A stretch of DNA of 64,000 bases, from NCBI RefSeq assembly GCF_000002075.1, contig NW_004797800.1:417159-481158 (forward strand), read 5' to 3'. This stretch comes from Aplysia californica. Its lineage: Eukaryota. Below the pieces are notes generated by a model that ran no database searches, had not been told where the DNA came from, and worked only from the letters and a program-made list of their open reading frames with translations. Positions 26,401 through 39,376 of this stretch are shown here, in pieces (positions within the stretch are counted from its first letter, which is position 1; every line of letters starts with the position of its first letter). The position numbers and the translations under genes were made by a program.

Positions 26401-29400
26401 TGAATTGTCTGGATAAGTCTCGAACTACAGTGTGACACAAAACTTTTTTCCAGGTGTTGTCATGTCTTGCAAGTCTTCTAAGGGTGATTGATACGAGCAC
26501 TTGGTTGGAACCTTCCACTGAGCATGTGTACAAAGCCATATTGCTTTTCATATCTCACAGCAAGCCAAAGGTAAGTGTTTGATCTTTGCTCTCTGTTTGA
26601 ATGTTTTATTGTGTTGTTGAGAATTGCATTTTCAAGCTAGACTGAGAAAAGAAGCTTGTTTTGTGGTAAAGACGTGAAATTGCCTTTGCTCCCTTGTTTT
26701 GTACCCACTGAAGAACCCTGCTTGTTCCAGACTGTGGTCTCTGTTTTTTTTTGTTAACTAATGAAATAAATCGCGGGTAATGTGCTGAACCCGAAAATTA
26801 TGACAAATTTATTTACTGCTCTTTCTCAATCTGTAATATTGGTTGCATTTGCTCAAGAAATATTTTGTTGCAATTCAAATTAAGAATTAGAAAAAAGCAA
26901 CACAAAATAAGTTTTGTTGGTATAACTGTTAAAAGAACGACAGTTTTTTTCTCTCTCCTGTTAAAGTGTGGTTTCTTGGCTTAGTTCTTTTGAGCAGCTG
27001 CCGATGAAATGTCCTCTTCTACTAATAGAAAAACTACTGTAACATTTTTATGTGATGTTTAGACACTTTGAATTCCATAAATACATTTTAAAATATACTT
27101 TTATTATGTGTCATTGTCTTATGACCATACTTTTTGTCTTTGCATTTGCAGCTTCGTAAAGCAGCCCAGACTGCTGTTAAAGTCGTGCTGCGTGGCAGTT
27201 TGATGATGCAGCAGGAAGAGTCGTCCCGTCCTCCCTATCACCCAGCAGCTCCGGTCACTGCTCAGTGGTGCATTGACACTATTGAGTCTGCCAGAGGTTA
27301 GTACGTTCTCACGCTTGGTGTCTCCACGATTCTTTTTTCTTTTGGTCCCTGATCCTAAACAGATGTGGGCGGTCATGGTTCACTATATGTTTCTCTGCCA
27401 CCACGCTTACCTCCTCTTAACAAAGAACTCTGTTTTTGTGCGAGTTGTGAGTTTTCTGTACCGAAAGTTACTTCTTTGATGTAGAATGTAGGGATGTCAG
27501 TCTTGTGCAATGTGATAAGCTTGCTTGATGCTTGAAGACTTTATATCGTGGAATTGCTTGATGCTTGAAGACTTTATATTGTGGAAAGATCTCGGGACAT
27601 ATGGTGATTAAGGCCACACTGGGGAGATTATTTTTAGATTTATATTTCTGCTTCAGTAAAGAGTTATTATATTGTTATTGTTAAGTTGCAATTATTTGTT
27701 GATGTTCTACCAATGACAAAAACATGGTGGCAAATTCTGTGTATGTTTTATCAACTTTTTAAAACATTGGATGAGGTTGACAATGAGATGCTGTGGCTGT
27801 GGAAAATATTTTTAAAAAATCCTTGGCTGTACTGGACCAATGTACACCATTCGGACAGTATGTATCAAAGTGCTATCATGGGTTAAAATCTGCTCTGAAG
27901 TACAAGGGTCGTTGCAATTCCAGGGCTGCCCATCATTACAAATTTTCGTAAACGTTCGATTTTTTGGCTTTAAAAAAAAAAAATACAACCGGATTCTGGT
28001 TTTTAAAAATGTATTTGCCTTTTGACTACCCCAACCCATCCCCACCCTCCTAGTGTATAATATAAGGAAGAAAAATAATCAGACCCTGATGGTCAAGCTA
28101 AGTCACCACATCCCATGCAGCTTTCAAACCTTTAATGCCCTCTGTGCACTGAACCCTAGTAGTTGTTCATTGCCCCGTTGACCTTAGAAAAACGTTAGTT
28201 GTGTTAAAACCTGGAGTAAGGCAAACATTGGTTTGACAAGATTTTTAAAAATTCCTTTGTTTCTGTTTAATAGTTTATTCTTAAACCTACAACCCCGTCC
28301 TTAACACTCCCTTTGGTGTGAACATTGAAGACTATCCATGGTCATATTTTGAATTTTAAGGCCAGATTAATAATTTTTACTTAATTATTAAAACATATGC
28401 CGGTGGTCGGGCAGTTCTGCAATTCTGGCTGAATATTTCTAGTATAAAACAAGACTGATTACTGTACCTATATTATTTTCTTTGTTAATTTCTCAACTTG
28501 AAAAACACCTTATTGGATCAAATGCCCATGCTACACAGGTGCTATGCGTGATGACAATAGTACTTTGTGTTAAATGAACAATGTGGGCTTTTTTTTTTTA
28601 CGACAGTAAAAAATTTTCAAAGGAGAATCATAATGTTATATGATTTCTGTCAGATATGGGGTTTAGTAGTCAATAATCTTTTAATGATAAAAGTCAAATA
28701 GTTGTTTTTAGGAGTCCTGTCTCTAAAGGTCTGAGAGATGATAGTGGGGACATAAAATCTAAGAAACAGTAACCTGTTATAATTATTTGGGCCATTTCAT
28801 TTTCTGCCCTTCTCAAGTGGAGACAAACATTGGACGATTGAGCCTGTAAAACTGTAAAAATCTGGACAAGAAGGCTTTTCAATTTTCAATTCATACAAAG
28901 AATTAGATTTTGAAATGGCTTAAAACATTTTTTATAGTAAGTTCAAAACAATGCTGCTACATGGCAAGAAATATTTTTCATTTCAACCCCTCTTTAGGCC
29001 AATCCAACAGAGTGGACATTCTGCACACCTTGTCCATGATGAAGGACTTGCTCAGTGTTTTCCCCCACAAGCAAGTCAAGTCTGGCTGTGAAGTGCTTCT
29101 CAAGTTGATGACTTTGACTGATCCGGTAAAGACATAACTTATGTTATATATGTTATTGTGTGCTGGTCACTTTTGTCTCTTTTCTTGTCTTAAAATATTG
29201 AGGCCAGAGGTTCAAGTTGGAGTGAGAAATGAGTGAAATGGTACAGGTTCAACACTGTTTGGTAATTTATGAGGTGGCACTCTTAAGATCATCTTACACC
29301 CAATTCAAACCATGGCCACCTCAGTGTAGGTCAGCTGGTGTTTATATTATGAATGATGGCAGAGTGATCCAGTACTGCTGAGAGATGTTGAATGAGCTTA

Positions 29401-32400
29401 TTAATTGACAAGGATAGTGGAGAAGAAGCTTTTGAAAGTAGTGCCTAATCTAGTAATATATATGCTCGTGGAATAAAATGAGATTGTCTTTCAGATGATA
29501 GTGACAGGAATTAAAGTTAGATGTTGTTTCCTCAAAGACACTTTGTGTGGGAGATAGATCTATACCTGTGAGAGGGTTGGGTGGTCACTAGTGGTAAAAG
29601 AGAGCGTGGTCCTGCGATTGGTCAATGTATACGTGCAATGGAAAGGGTTCTGAGAGCAAAAACTAATTAGCTGTAGACTGAGGAATTCTCACAGATTATC
29701 CTAAAATCCTTAAGTAGCATTTTCACTGGTAAAATACAAATTTTAGCTTGGAAGTTCCAATAATTACTTGGGATGGGGAATCTACTCCTGTCAAATGTAC
29801 TTGGTAGGAAATGGGTTAATGCTATGTGCAGGGAGTTGGGAAGACCATCACTCTGGAAATAATTATTTTAATGAAAGAATTTGAGTGCTATGTACTATTT
29901 TTTTTCTCTAAGCTGCATGATGTATGGGAATAATGATAACATGTATCTTCCCTAAGCTGAGAACTCAGCTCACACTTTTATATTTTGATGAAAGTTCAGA
30001 TAATTGATTACACTGTGTTTCTGGCTGTTTCAGGTGGTGCGCTCGTCATGTCTGGAAGTCATGTATAGATTGTTTGTAGCAAAACCCAGTGCGAAAATAG
30101 TGCCAGGAGAAATGAATGCTCAGATCATCATGGTAAGTCTTTTGGTTAAAATAGTATGTTGTACTATGATTTGACACTAATGTTGGAATGAAATGCATAT
30201 ACGATGTCTTCCTAGCATACTTGATAATAATAATAATAATAACTGCTTTTATATAATGCATATCCATGCTCTACTGCCTGCTCGATGAGCTTTACAATTA
30301 TTACTTCACAGGGGAAGGGTGACATGAGTATGAATGGTCTACTGTTCTCACCGTTCCACCAAAAAAGGAAGCTTCTTTCTTTTTGACGGGTTGCTATTTC
30401 TGTCTCATTAGATCTCTGGTGGTGTGGTAGCATAATTTCCCTGCCCATACTAGCTTGTGTCATTTTCCTGCTCACTTTCATGCCTGTCTATCGAATGAGG
30501 GTCTGGTTTTGAAGAAACTCCTTGAGACCTTCCAGGGTGGGACTGGACTCTGAAACAACATGCATGTGATGGATAGTTTGAATACCTGCAGAAGCAGAAC
30601 CGGTTATTTCAGTCGCATGTTTATGATTTTTATGTTTTTGTTGTTTTTAAATTTCCTTTTGCCTGAGTTGGGTTTCGTTAATCTGTGGATGTTAGTGACA
30701 AATTATGAATATTTAGTGGTTACTTGATACAAGCCCAAGAGCTTGTGTCAGCAGGAATAATTTTTTATGTTGGTTATGACATCTTGAATCAATTAGCATT
30801 TTGATTCATTTGCATAAGGTGGGCTGATATTGATTTTTTGAACTGGCAATGCAATGGTAGGTTAATTTTTTTTAATCCCCCCTAGGGAAACTTCCTTTTA
30901 TGACCGTTCATAAATTTGATAACAAGGATTAAAGAGACTTTAGGTTTCAGTTTGCTCAAATTATTCTTGCTCTTTAAAACAGGAAGGGACCCAGAAGATA
31001 CATAATAAACAGCCATCACATGTGGCACACTGATGAATATTCTTGAGAAGTTGAGAATGCTGTAGAACTATAGAATGGATATGAAGACTGAAGTGGTCTC
31101 ATGACTTTAGTTTATTATCTGACATTTTAAAAAATTATTTATTTTTTGGAAGGTGGGGAGGAGGGAGTAGCTGTTACAGTGTACTGTTGAGTTGTTTTGT
31201 TACTGTTGGGTTTCTCATTTAAAAGTCCATGTGATCATCCATTTCCAAGTATCCATGTTGTGTGGAATAAAGGCTATTTAGTGAAGCAAACTTAATATTC
31301 ATAACTTTTGAAGGCTTATTTTAAAAAATTTAATTTGAGCAGCTACATGGGGGGCATTGACGTCTGTAGGTCTTCCTATAAGTTTGCTTTCTCTGGCACT
31401 CTGACAAAAATACTGTCACACAACAAATGTCACCTTTTTAATGAGACAGTTGGGAGTACTTATGAATAATAAAAGACTAAAGTTTGTGTTTCAAACGGAA
31501 TTTATAATTTTTAAAAATGAGTTCCTGTAAAAACATTAACCAATAAAACAATTCTAGGATTGCTGTGTTAAATTGAAAGTTGTAAAACACCTATATCTGT
31601 ACTGTTGTGGGTGGGTTTTATAGAAATGATCTGCATTATTGATATTAGCAGAGGTGTCAAAATCCATCTTTCACTGCTCTTAAAGATTTTTATTCTAGTC
31701 AGTATTTGATGTGGGTGGTTGGAGGGTGCCACTGGTTGGTCTTGCTTCTTTACCTTCTGTCTGTCTTGCTTGCTTTTTTCCCCGCACTAAATGACTATTA
31801 TTGTGTTCATGTGCTCTCGTTACTCAGTCAAACAATCAGTATATAAAGCCACAATGGACTGAGGTAAATTTGAAAGCTCATTTACAGGGGCGCCTGATTT
31901 ATGGGTTCATCATATTTCATTTCTTGAGGCTTGATATTGTAGTCACCTTCGGACTTGAGGTAGTGACTTACTGGAAATGGCCTGCTTTACCTATTTGTCA
32001 GAGGTATTATATTTTATTATGAAAGAGCACTAGGTTGTATTATTTTTAGTTTTAAGGATTAAGTGATCCACTGCTTCTATATCAAACTTATTCTGGTTTA
32101 TGAAAAGTGTGGAATAAATTTCCTTGCAGTTTATTAAATTTTTGTGTGCCTTCACTATGAATTGCAGGCTTTGTATGACCACCAGCCATCTGAGAAAGAC
32201 AGCCAACCCATGGGAGCCTGGCTCAGGGTCATGGAAGCTGCCGCTTGCAATCTAGCCAGGTAACAGTTGGCAAAATTTGTACAATTAACAAGTAGTTAAA
32301 AATGTTTTAGATGGCGGGTAATGGCTGATAAGATGTAAGCATTTTGAATTTAAGTTTTTAAAGATAAATGGTGTCTTTGAAGATGTTTCATCTCAATTCA

Positions 32401-33809
32401 GCTTGTACCTGTGGGCCTCCCTTGACCTTGATCTTGACCATCAATGATTTATCCTGTGGGCCTCCCTTGTTTATTTGGTAATGAAATAATGACCTGTTGG
32501 TGATACTGGCATCTGAAGGAAGATGAACTTCTCTAAAAGAAAAGCAACCCTATGTGTGTGAGTGTCCAAATAAATACTTTTTTTTGGTGTTAGTGTGTGG
32601 AATTCATTGCTCGCCAATCATTGTCCCTTTACCTTCTTCCAGGCAGAGTATGGTAAACAGTTCAGAAAAGTTATTGCACTCAACTCAAATGGGTTCTTAG
32701 TCAGAGTTTCAGATTTAGATAGGCTCTTAGGCATGCAAATTACGGGCAAAAAAATTCTGTGACGTGGTTAAAGAGGGTATTTAGACGGGTTGGGTTCTTA
32801 AGCAGGGTGTTTTAGGTGGGGACCACTATAATATGTTTATGCTAGTTTTATGGAATAACAGTAATGTTCTACTCTGGGGTATTTTCAAATTCATGGTAGG
32901 GTCCAACAAGACTGGTAAGTTTTGTCTCATAAGGAGGAACATGCAAATAATAAGTCTGTATATTTTACTCTCTTCATGCAGTGATAGAAGTTTTAAAAAA
33001 TTATTTATTGTCCCCAGAGTTGACACCAACCTGTGTGTGAGTCACGTGCCTCGACTGTTCTCTGTCTGCATAACCTGTTTGTTGTCAGATCGCGAGGAAG
33101 TGGCCAAAGCAGCTGTACAGACGATGAAGGTGATGTATATATATATAAACCTTTGATGAAAAAATTACGGTTTTGATTGATTAAAAAAAAATTAATTTGC
33201 GTACCTTTCTTAAGAGACACTGCAAGAATTCAGATCAAGTGCTCGTTAAAACAAGCGATTGAAGTTACATTTTGGCTGCATAATAGCTTTCAAAGTAATT
33301 ATTCTTTTATGCCTTCCCAAAAATGGATCCGCGAAAGGTAATTATTGATGGCATTAAGTTTGCTGCTTTTAGACAAGTTGCAAGCCTCTCTCTCCACACC
33401 TTTCTCCACGTGCATGATGCTGACTGCCAACCACTCTGTGATCAAAAGTAGACGTTTAACTCGGAATCCTCCATTGTTAAAGGAGAAGTCAGTTCACGCA
33501 GACTTTTGGTTTAAGGCCCCCAGAAGAAGGGCAAGTATTTTTTTGGATCATTTGGTCATCTGAATATACATTTATCGACCATCCTCAAGAAAAAAATTCC
33601 TTCTGGTTTTATTGTTTTTAAAAAATGTTTTACAGGCTCTCTTGCATCAGTGTGTTGAGCCCTTTGGAGAAAACTTAACAAAAGACTCCGCTAGCAATCA
33701 AGCTATGACTTCGCTGCAGAAAATCGTGAAAACTCTGGAAACTGGCCTCAGCTATCAATTCCATTCTGTGTGGTCGCTTGTCCTTCAGCTGTGGTCCTCT
33801 GCATTTTTG
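14280..33809 (+). CDS. RRP12: RRP12-like ribosome biogenesis protein, N-terminal 514 codons (12 exons); incomplete in window
   Basis: Exons 14280-14475, 18813-19021, 20568-20651, 21882-21958, 23666-23774, 26454-26570, 27152-27296, 28998-29125, 30034-30132, 32168-32259, 33018-33129, 33636-33809. All GT-AG, total 1542 nt, open frame. Motifs collinear with vertebrate RRP12: SSNPTTKKFREAA, CTNVTFNRV, EILAVLAAITEVI, VLSCLASLLR, KPKLRKAAQ, MNAQIIMALYD, GLSYQFHSVWSLVLQL. Confidence 0.94.
14735..15311. repeat. 81-bp direct repeat pair (14735-14815, 15231-15311)
   Basis: One mismatch between the copies. Confidence 0.85.
15555..17460. repeat. Minisatellite (~34-bp unit with core ctacgtacacggtaaccggg) in higher-order blocks, split by the hAT element
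   Basis: More than 12 copies of cacggtaacc-like cores on both sides of 15895-16896. Confidence 0.8.
15895..16896. mobile_element. hAT-like non-autonomous element inserted in a minisatellite
   Basis: 14-bp TIR CAGACCTGCCACTC / GAGTGGCAGGTCTG; flanking direct repeat (G)CATACAC; subterminal aaaatcggga repeats. Confidence 0.8.
18813..19021 (+). CDS. RRP12: RRP12 exon 2
   Basis: LTLEALEKHN...CTNVTFNRVHRYINSNSLMQKE. Confidence 0.92.
20568..20651 (+). CDS. RRP12: RRP12 exon 3
   Basis: ILAVLAAITEVIKEKGGQGSDVQYFAVL. Confidence 0.92.
20920..21275 (+). mobile_element. Second retroelement family sharing the SINE/LINE 3' tail
   Basis: Highly similar to 49990-50360; ends ctcatatgaccttatgcagttgcgggcggcgtaaaac. 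Confidence 0.72.
21882..21958 (+). CDS. RRP12: RRP12 exon 4
   Basis: VSSLQEAEKTETMTAMAHLLSIVIK. Confidence 0.88.
23666..23774 (+). CDS. RRP12: RRP12 exon 5
   Basis: VPVAVLQKQFSQVSKTLVGII...LKP. Confidence 0.88.
23839..26136. mobile_element. hAT-type DNA transposon remnant in RRP12 intron 5
   Basis: Perfect 8-bp TSD GTTTATGC (23831-23838, 26137-26144); termini TAGTGCT / AGCACTA; internal N gap. Confidence 0.78.
26454..26570 (+). CDS. RRP12: RRP12 exon 6
   Basis: VLSCLASLLRVIDTSTW...SHSKPK. Confidence 0.92.
27152..27296 (+). CDS. RRP12: RRP12 exon 7
   Basis: LRKAAQTAVKVVLRGS...HPAAPVTAQWCI. Confidence 0.92.
28998..29125 (+). CDS. RRP12: RRP12 exon 8
   Basis: ILHTLSMMKDLLSVFPHKQVKSGCEVLLKLMTL. 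Confidence 0.92.
30034..30132 (+). CDS. RRP12: RRP12 exon 9
   Basis: VVRSSCLEVMYRLFVAKP...EMNAQIIM. Confidence 0.9.
32168..32259 (+). CDS. RRP12: RRP12 exon 10
   Basis: ALYDHQPSEKDSQPMGAWLRVMEAAACNLA. Confidence 0.92.
33018..33129 (+). CDS. RRP12: RRP12 exon 11
   Basis: VDTNLCVSHVPRLFSVCITCLLS...AAVQTMK. Confidence 0.9.
33636..33809 (+). CDS. RRP12: RRP12 exon 12
   Basis: ALLHQCVEP...LETGLSYQFHSVWSLVLQLWSSAFL; TTG|gtaagt. Confidence 0.92.
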
Positions 33810-34116
33810 GTAAGTGACATGTATTTAAATGACCCTTGAATGCTTATCGAAAGTGTTATGCTCTTAACCGTGTAAATGATTTCTTGAATATTCTTTAACA
33901 GGCAGGGAAGATGCTTCTAATTTAATTGATAAGACAAGACACAAGTTATAACATAGTATTTTTATACCAATTACTATGCTCATTGACCTCACCAATGGGT
34001 GTAGAACAAAAAGAGTTGACCTGTTGCTTCCAGTTACACAGTTTGGGCATAACAATATCCTCATGTGTATTTTTATAGCTTACATTTTTAGAAATGCAAA
34101 AATTTATAATCATGGC

Positions 34117-35275
34117 GGGGGCTCTCGTGGATTAGAGGTTAAGGTATTCGCCTCTCATTCAATAGGTCGCGGGTTGGAATCTGGATAGTGACCTAAAATT
34201 TCCTCCTTTCACATCCTGTCCTGCTTTCTGAAAATATTCTGTCGTCTGCTTTCGTCTCCACTTTCTGCCTCCCCCTCCGGGCCTCTAACTCTTTCTGAAG
34301 CCTTTCTACTGATACTCCATGCCTCCCTCTTTCTGCTGTCTTTCAGTCACACCCCTGATCTTATGGTAGGTGAGATCTACGCCTGGACTTCTTGGATAAG
34401 GGTGAAAAATGACGGATGTCGCGTGTGCAAGTTGCACATGTTAAAGATTCCCTGGTGGTCCAAAGTAGGCTTCGGCCGCCACCGGGCATTGAGGACTGGG
34501 GTGTCTGTGGACTGCTTGCCCACCCTGAGAGGGGGCCATGCACGTTGAGGGTACAAGGGTTTTCATGAGGCTGGAAAGACCTAACTGCCCTGTGACCGTG
34601 TAATTCCGGTAGGGTTCACTTTGCCCATTCCCCGCCACCAATGACTACTGGCTATAGTTGTCTACTCTTGCATGAGGTTTCGGCCAAGTGAGAAAGCCAT
34701 TGGATCGTCACGTCCTGGGTCGTTGTGCCTTTACTAAGAGGTCCACTGTCAGAAGGCAAGTCAGGCACTCCACTCGATCCATCCTTGCATCCAGACCTCC
34801 CCAGACTGGCTGGTTCCTTCTCAGCCACAGAGGGTGTGTTGATAAAGAGCAGTAGGGATGTTAGGCAGATTAGACACCCACTCAAGGGAGAGTAGGGTTA
34901 GTGAGGAACATAGCGTCTACCACACATCGGTGGGTTATGCCTCCTGCACCTTGTGGGGCCACACCTGCTCCCATCCTGTTGTTTTAACTCCTCTAGGAAA
35001 TGGGGGGGTTGGTTTGTTGGCGCCAACAACTCGCCAGAGCCGTGTCTGTGGAAACAGGGACTACCACGGGCAGGTACGGTTGGCTGGATTGGGAGAAGCT
35101 GTTTGAGACGCTTAAGCATTTCTCAATATTTAAATGAGACCCATCACCAGTCCGTGATCCCCTAATAATTGGAAAAAATTTTCAAAATTTTGCCACCAGT
35201 TGAAGAAATGTTAATGTGTCCCGCAGGCTCATACGACCGTATGCAGTTGCGGACGCTGTAAAACACTAACCCCCG
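34117..35275 (+). mobile_element. SINE copy interrupted by a ~680-bp unidentified insertion (about 34488-35165)
   Basis: Head and body match 11821; the tail resumes at about 35170-35270. Confidence 0.75.
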
Positions 35276-35741
35276 AAAAATAATTAATAAAAAATAAAAT
35301 CATAACTTGGGTACCAGTTTCTTTTGATAAGAATGTTAATAAATGAGGAAGCCATTCTGTACCAGTACAACAAGAAGAAATTAATATTGACATTGACCGA
35401 AAAGTTGGATCTGACTTATCCACGGATAATGGCTGATGTAGTCTTGACCTGGAAGTGGATCCCAGCAAGCGATGTTTGTTGAAAGGATGTCTGAACAGGG
35501 AACTGCTCCGGTTGCTAAAGATTTAGATTGAATTTCCACATCTAAAACAAAATAATGAGGACCGTATTTCTACTCAATGAAAGACATGAAAGGAAACATT
35601 TTTTTCCAAATTTTATTTTATTTTGGATTTCAACTAACTTCACAAGTTAATCGTTGCCAATTCATGCGATATAGTGTTCCAAAGTTTTATGTTTTGGGGC
35701 CGTGTCTATGACTTTATCCGAGATTCTATGGGACTTGTTGT

Positions 35742-38700
35742 TCATGGGGTATTAGCTACGGCAAGTTGCGTCAGACTAATGAAGACTTGACCCAAAGCTT
35801 GCTGGATGCTCTGGACGATAGTTTTGCTAAAGCATTTGACATTACAGGTTGATGCGCAGACAGACATTCGGCTTGTGCAGACAAGCTGGTTGAGGGTGTG
35901 TTTATTTTTGGCCTCACAGTCCGTTTTGGAGGTCACGCAATTGTTGAGACACGTGGACTGGCATTCGCAGGTCGGTCGGCAGATACTCTTGCATGTGGCC
36001 TTAAAGGTATCACAGCTGAGCAAGGGGTTCACGTCAATGCAGAAGGCACCTAAGGTGTCACACATCATGCTACAGCCATCTCCACAGACTGAGCTGCCTG
36101 AGGCCTGATCCTGAGCTAGGACAGCTCCGACCAGAAGAGCAGTGCAGAGAAACACAGTGGCTGTGGATGGGGAAAGAGGGAATGAGTTTGGTTTCGCATA
36201 ATGAAGTTTTTGGCTTCTCATCAACCTTGATTTATGTGCAAGAGGGAAAAGAAATGGATTCAAACATGATGAGACATTGGGTCACACCACAGGTTCTATT
36301 TCTATTTTATAATTTATTTGAGATCCACTGTTCTTCTTCTTTGTGTTCACCTGCTAGATATCAGGGGTAGTCAACTGCTGGTTCTTCAACCTGCAGTACA
36401 ACTGATTTGTACATATCTGACCAATTTTCCTACTTCATAGGGCTCCTTGCCTTGAGACAGCTACATTCCGAATTCAAAGGCACTCTGTATGTTTTTTTAA
36501 ATAGGACTAGAGTATTTTCTGTTTTGGTTGGAATTTTGCTCGGATGGTGGCCGAAGTCAACTCTTGTTTTTATAACCACCAAGGGATCTATTAATGTGCA
36601 GTGCGCAACTTGCACACAGGACCTACGAGATTTTTTACCATTATCTGAGAAGGCTTGGGATTCAATATTACTTTCCAAAGATCAGGTGCGTGGCTGAAAG
36701 ACAGCAGTAAGAAGGAACCGGGAGTAGCAGTAGATACAGTCGGGAGTAAGGAGGGGAGGAGCAACCCGTGGGGGGGGGGGGGGGGAGAGAAGAATGCAGA
36801 TGACATGACAGGTCTAGAGAACAAGACGAGGTGAAATGAGATTATTATTTTTTTTTTTGTAAAAAAAAATTTTGTTGGGTTGCTGTCCGGTTTCGATTTT
36901 GGGACATTTTGAATGAGAGGGGAAGACCGTACCTCAAGACCTCGAGAGCTCCCGCACATTCATTTGATAAAAACAAACTTCGTAGTCTCTATACACTACA
37001 GTGAGGGTCCTTTGGGTTTTAACTGTTCCCTGTGCTGTCTGTCCAATTTATGTTCCTTGAATATGGCTCACAAAGTTTTTGTTAATTTTTAATATAAGTG
37101 GCATTGTCAGAAACAGTCACTTTTTCTTTGTCTATTTGGGTTTAATTATCGCATCTGACACATTTTTAGTGTTGATGCAGAGTAAGTAAAGATGGTGGAG
37201 GGCAGTAAAATAATCTTCTGTTCAAATTAATCGACATAGTCCGGCAAGAACTTGTTAATTGCATTAGTGCGAATGTCACCCACAGGTGGTTTCTGTTGAA
37301 TTTGTTAATACAGTAGGTTTTTTTTTGTCATTTAAGTTTGAAAATTACCATAGCTGTGTTTGCATGCTAGTGTTTATTAAGTTTTCAGAAAAGAATCATA
37401 TTATACTGTGTATTGTCATGTTCCAGGCATGCAGGGAGGGAGGGAGGGGATAGAAAGATAACTTAGTAGAAGCAGAACCCTCTCTAATGATGTGTTATAA
37501 AAAGATTGAACGACTGAGATGGGATGTTCCAATTTTGTCTAATTCAGCAAGTGTCTTGCTTACCGTCGCCCCCTCTGTTAAATGCAGAATCATAATATCA
37601 TGTCTGGCCAAGATTACAACTTTTGTACTTGGAATTAAAATAGGTGATTGGCCAATGAATGAAATGGTGTTTCAGAAATAAAGTTATCAAATAATGGTCG
37701 GTTCTGATTTCGTCACAGTAGTTCCAATTTTATCTTTTGCTGATTGCAATTTTGATGCATGCCTTTGAATTTGGTGTAGAAATCCAGGGTGGAGTACAGT
37801 GGTACTGTTGAGGCTCTTTTTTCTTGGGGGGGGGGATGTGTTTAGTATCAAGGTGATCATCTTGTGTTTAATTTTTCAAGTTTATTTCCTATATTTTCAA
37901 ATCCCCAAGTTGTTTAGCTGATAACAATTGCAATATTGTCAAACCTGTCCATAATGGTCACTCAGGATCACAGAGAGAGGGACCATTGTAGACATGTGGT
38001 CTCTATGGACAGGGTCGCATGTTGACCCATCCCACCACTAAATGAGTTTGCTCTAACAACCCTATTTCTGAAACTTACAAACCAAATGCCTTTCCGTCCC
38101 GACTGCCTGTGCTGCTAACTCTTTTTTTTGGGTTTTTTTTTGAATCCGGTGTCCTTCCTTACTTCTTGCAATATCACATTAACTTTTTACTCATTGCATA
38201 TGCATGTACGCCACAGTGGCTGTCATTTGGTAAACACAAATTTTGTTTTTTCTCATCATTTTGGTCTCAAAAAGCAATGTCGGACTAAAATTATGTACCC
38301 ACTTTTCCAAACCATGCAGAAGATGGTAGTTTCATTGCCAAGGGAGAATTTTTATCGAGTATGTCCATCTCTCTACTTGGATGTTGTATCCCTTTCAGCT
38401 CAGGTTGGCCTGACAGGCAGGGTTGAAGAAGCCAACCTTCAAAATAATCTAAACTGAGTTGACGAGGGTATAAATCTTGTGCAATTACAATTGTGTAATT
38501 ACATGGTGGAATCAGGCGTCAAGTTTTTGGGCATATTTGGTTTTGGTATAATCTTAAAACGTGTTTATCTATCTTGGTTTAAAAAAACAACAAAAAAACA
38601 CCCATCTCTCTTAAATAGAAGTCAAGATATGTAATTGATGGAGGTGGGGTTCATTTGGTTTCAGATGTAATATTAAAAAGAAAATAGCCGTCTACGTTTA

Positions 38701-39307
38701 GTGACTTCCAAAGCTGTAGTGCTCACAATAATTTGTAAATCACCGTTGTACAGAGCAATTACTTATGAAAGATTTCTTACAATGGAACTGTTTTTGGTTG
38801 TCGGCTTAGCAATACTGCAATTAAAGTGCTGTCTAGAATTTGGCTTGATAAACAATGGCCTGTGTTTTGTCAGCTAATGTGTTGAATTTTTGATTGGCCA
38901 GCGAGACAGGTGATTTCGTGTGTTTTTTAGTCATTTGACTGGGCAGAATTTTTGGTCTATTTTGTATAAAAGTTGGGGAAAGGATTTTACATGGGTGTGT
39001 TGGTGGTTGGGTGGGTGCTCTGGTGTGGTTTGCTCCTTTTTTGGTATGAAACATCTACTGTCCCTATCTCTGCTTCTTCTTCCTTTTCTTTTTTTTTTTG
39101 TTTTTTTGTTACTCTCTTGTAATATCTCTAATCTTCGGCATTTATATGACCTTATTGCGTTGCAAGTGCTGTGAAACGCTAACTGAAAGAAAGAATATGT
39201 TGGGATGCAATTGGAACACCCTACCTAATTACCATGTATTTCTAATGCTCAATTAGAAATAACAAAACAAGCAAACGGGGCTAAAAGAACTCACCGAATT
39301 TGTTCAT
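35742..39307 (-). CDS. Secreted 16-Cys protein, copy A (divergent paralog), 143 aa, two exons
   Basis: Exon 1 39307-39295 (ATGAACAAATTCG|gtgagt) plus exon 2 36160-35742 (ctttccccatccacag|CC). Gives signal peptide MNKFATVFLCTALLVGAVLA then QDQASG and 16 Cys. TATAAATA 39384-39377; AATAAA near 35612-35622. Confidence 0.88.
36520..36955 (-). mobile_element. SINE copy in the intron of gene A
   Basis: Reverse complement matches head and body of the 11821 element. Confidence 0.75.
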
Positions 39308-39376
39308 AGTGCTTAGTGGATGAACTGGTCCCTTGTAAGATGCCAAAAAATGTGCAAGGAATCAAAGTTATCTGGC

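Noticed and set aside
35742-36160. Assigning the Cys-rich proteins to metallothionein, saposin-like, GASA/snakin or conotoxin families
   Set aside because: The signal peptide, 16-Cys spacing and lack of CC or CxC clusters (only one CxC) do not match these frameworks; left unassigned pending profile and structure searches.
37427-37453. ttccag|GCATGCAGG, which could start the next RRP12 exon (AC...)
   Set aside because: Runs into a GGGA repeat and an in-frame TAG after 8 codons with no donor.
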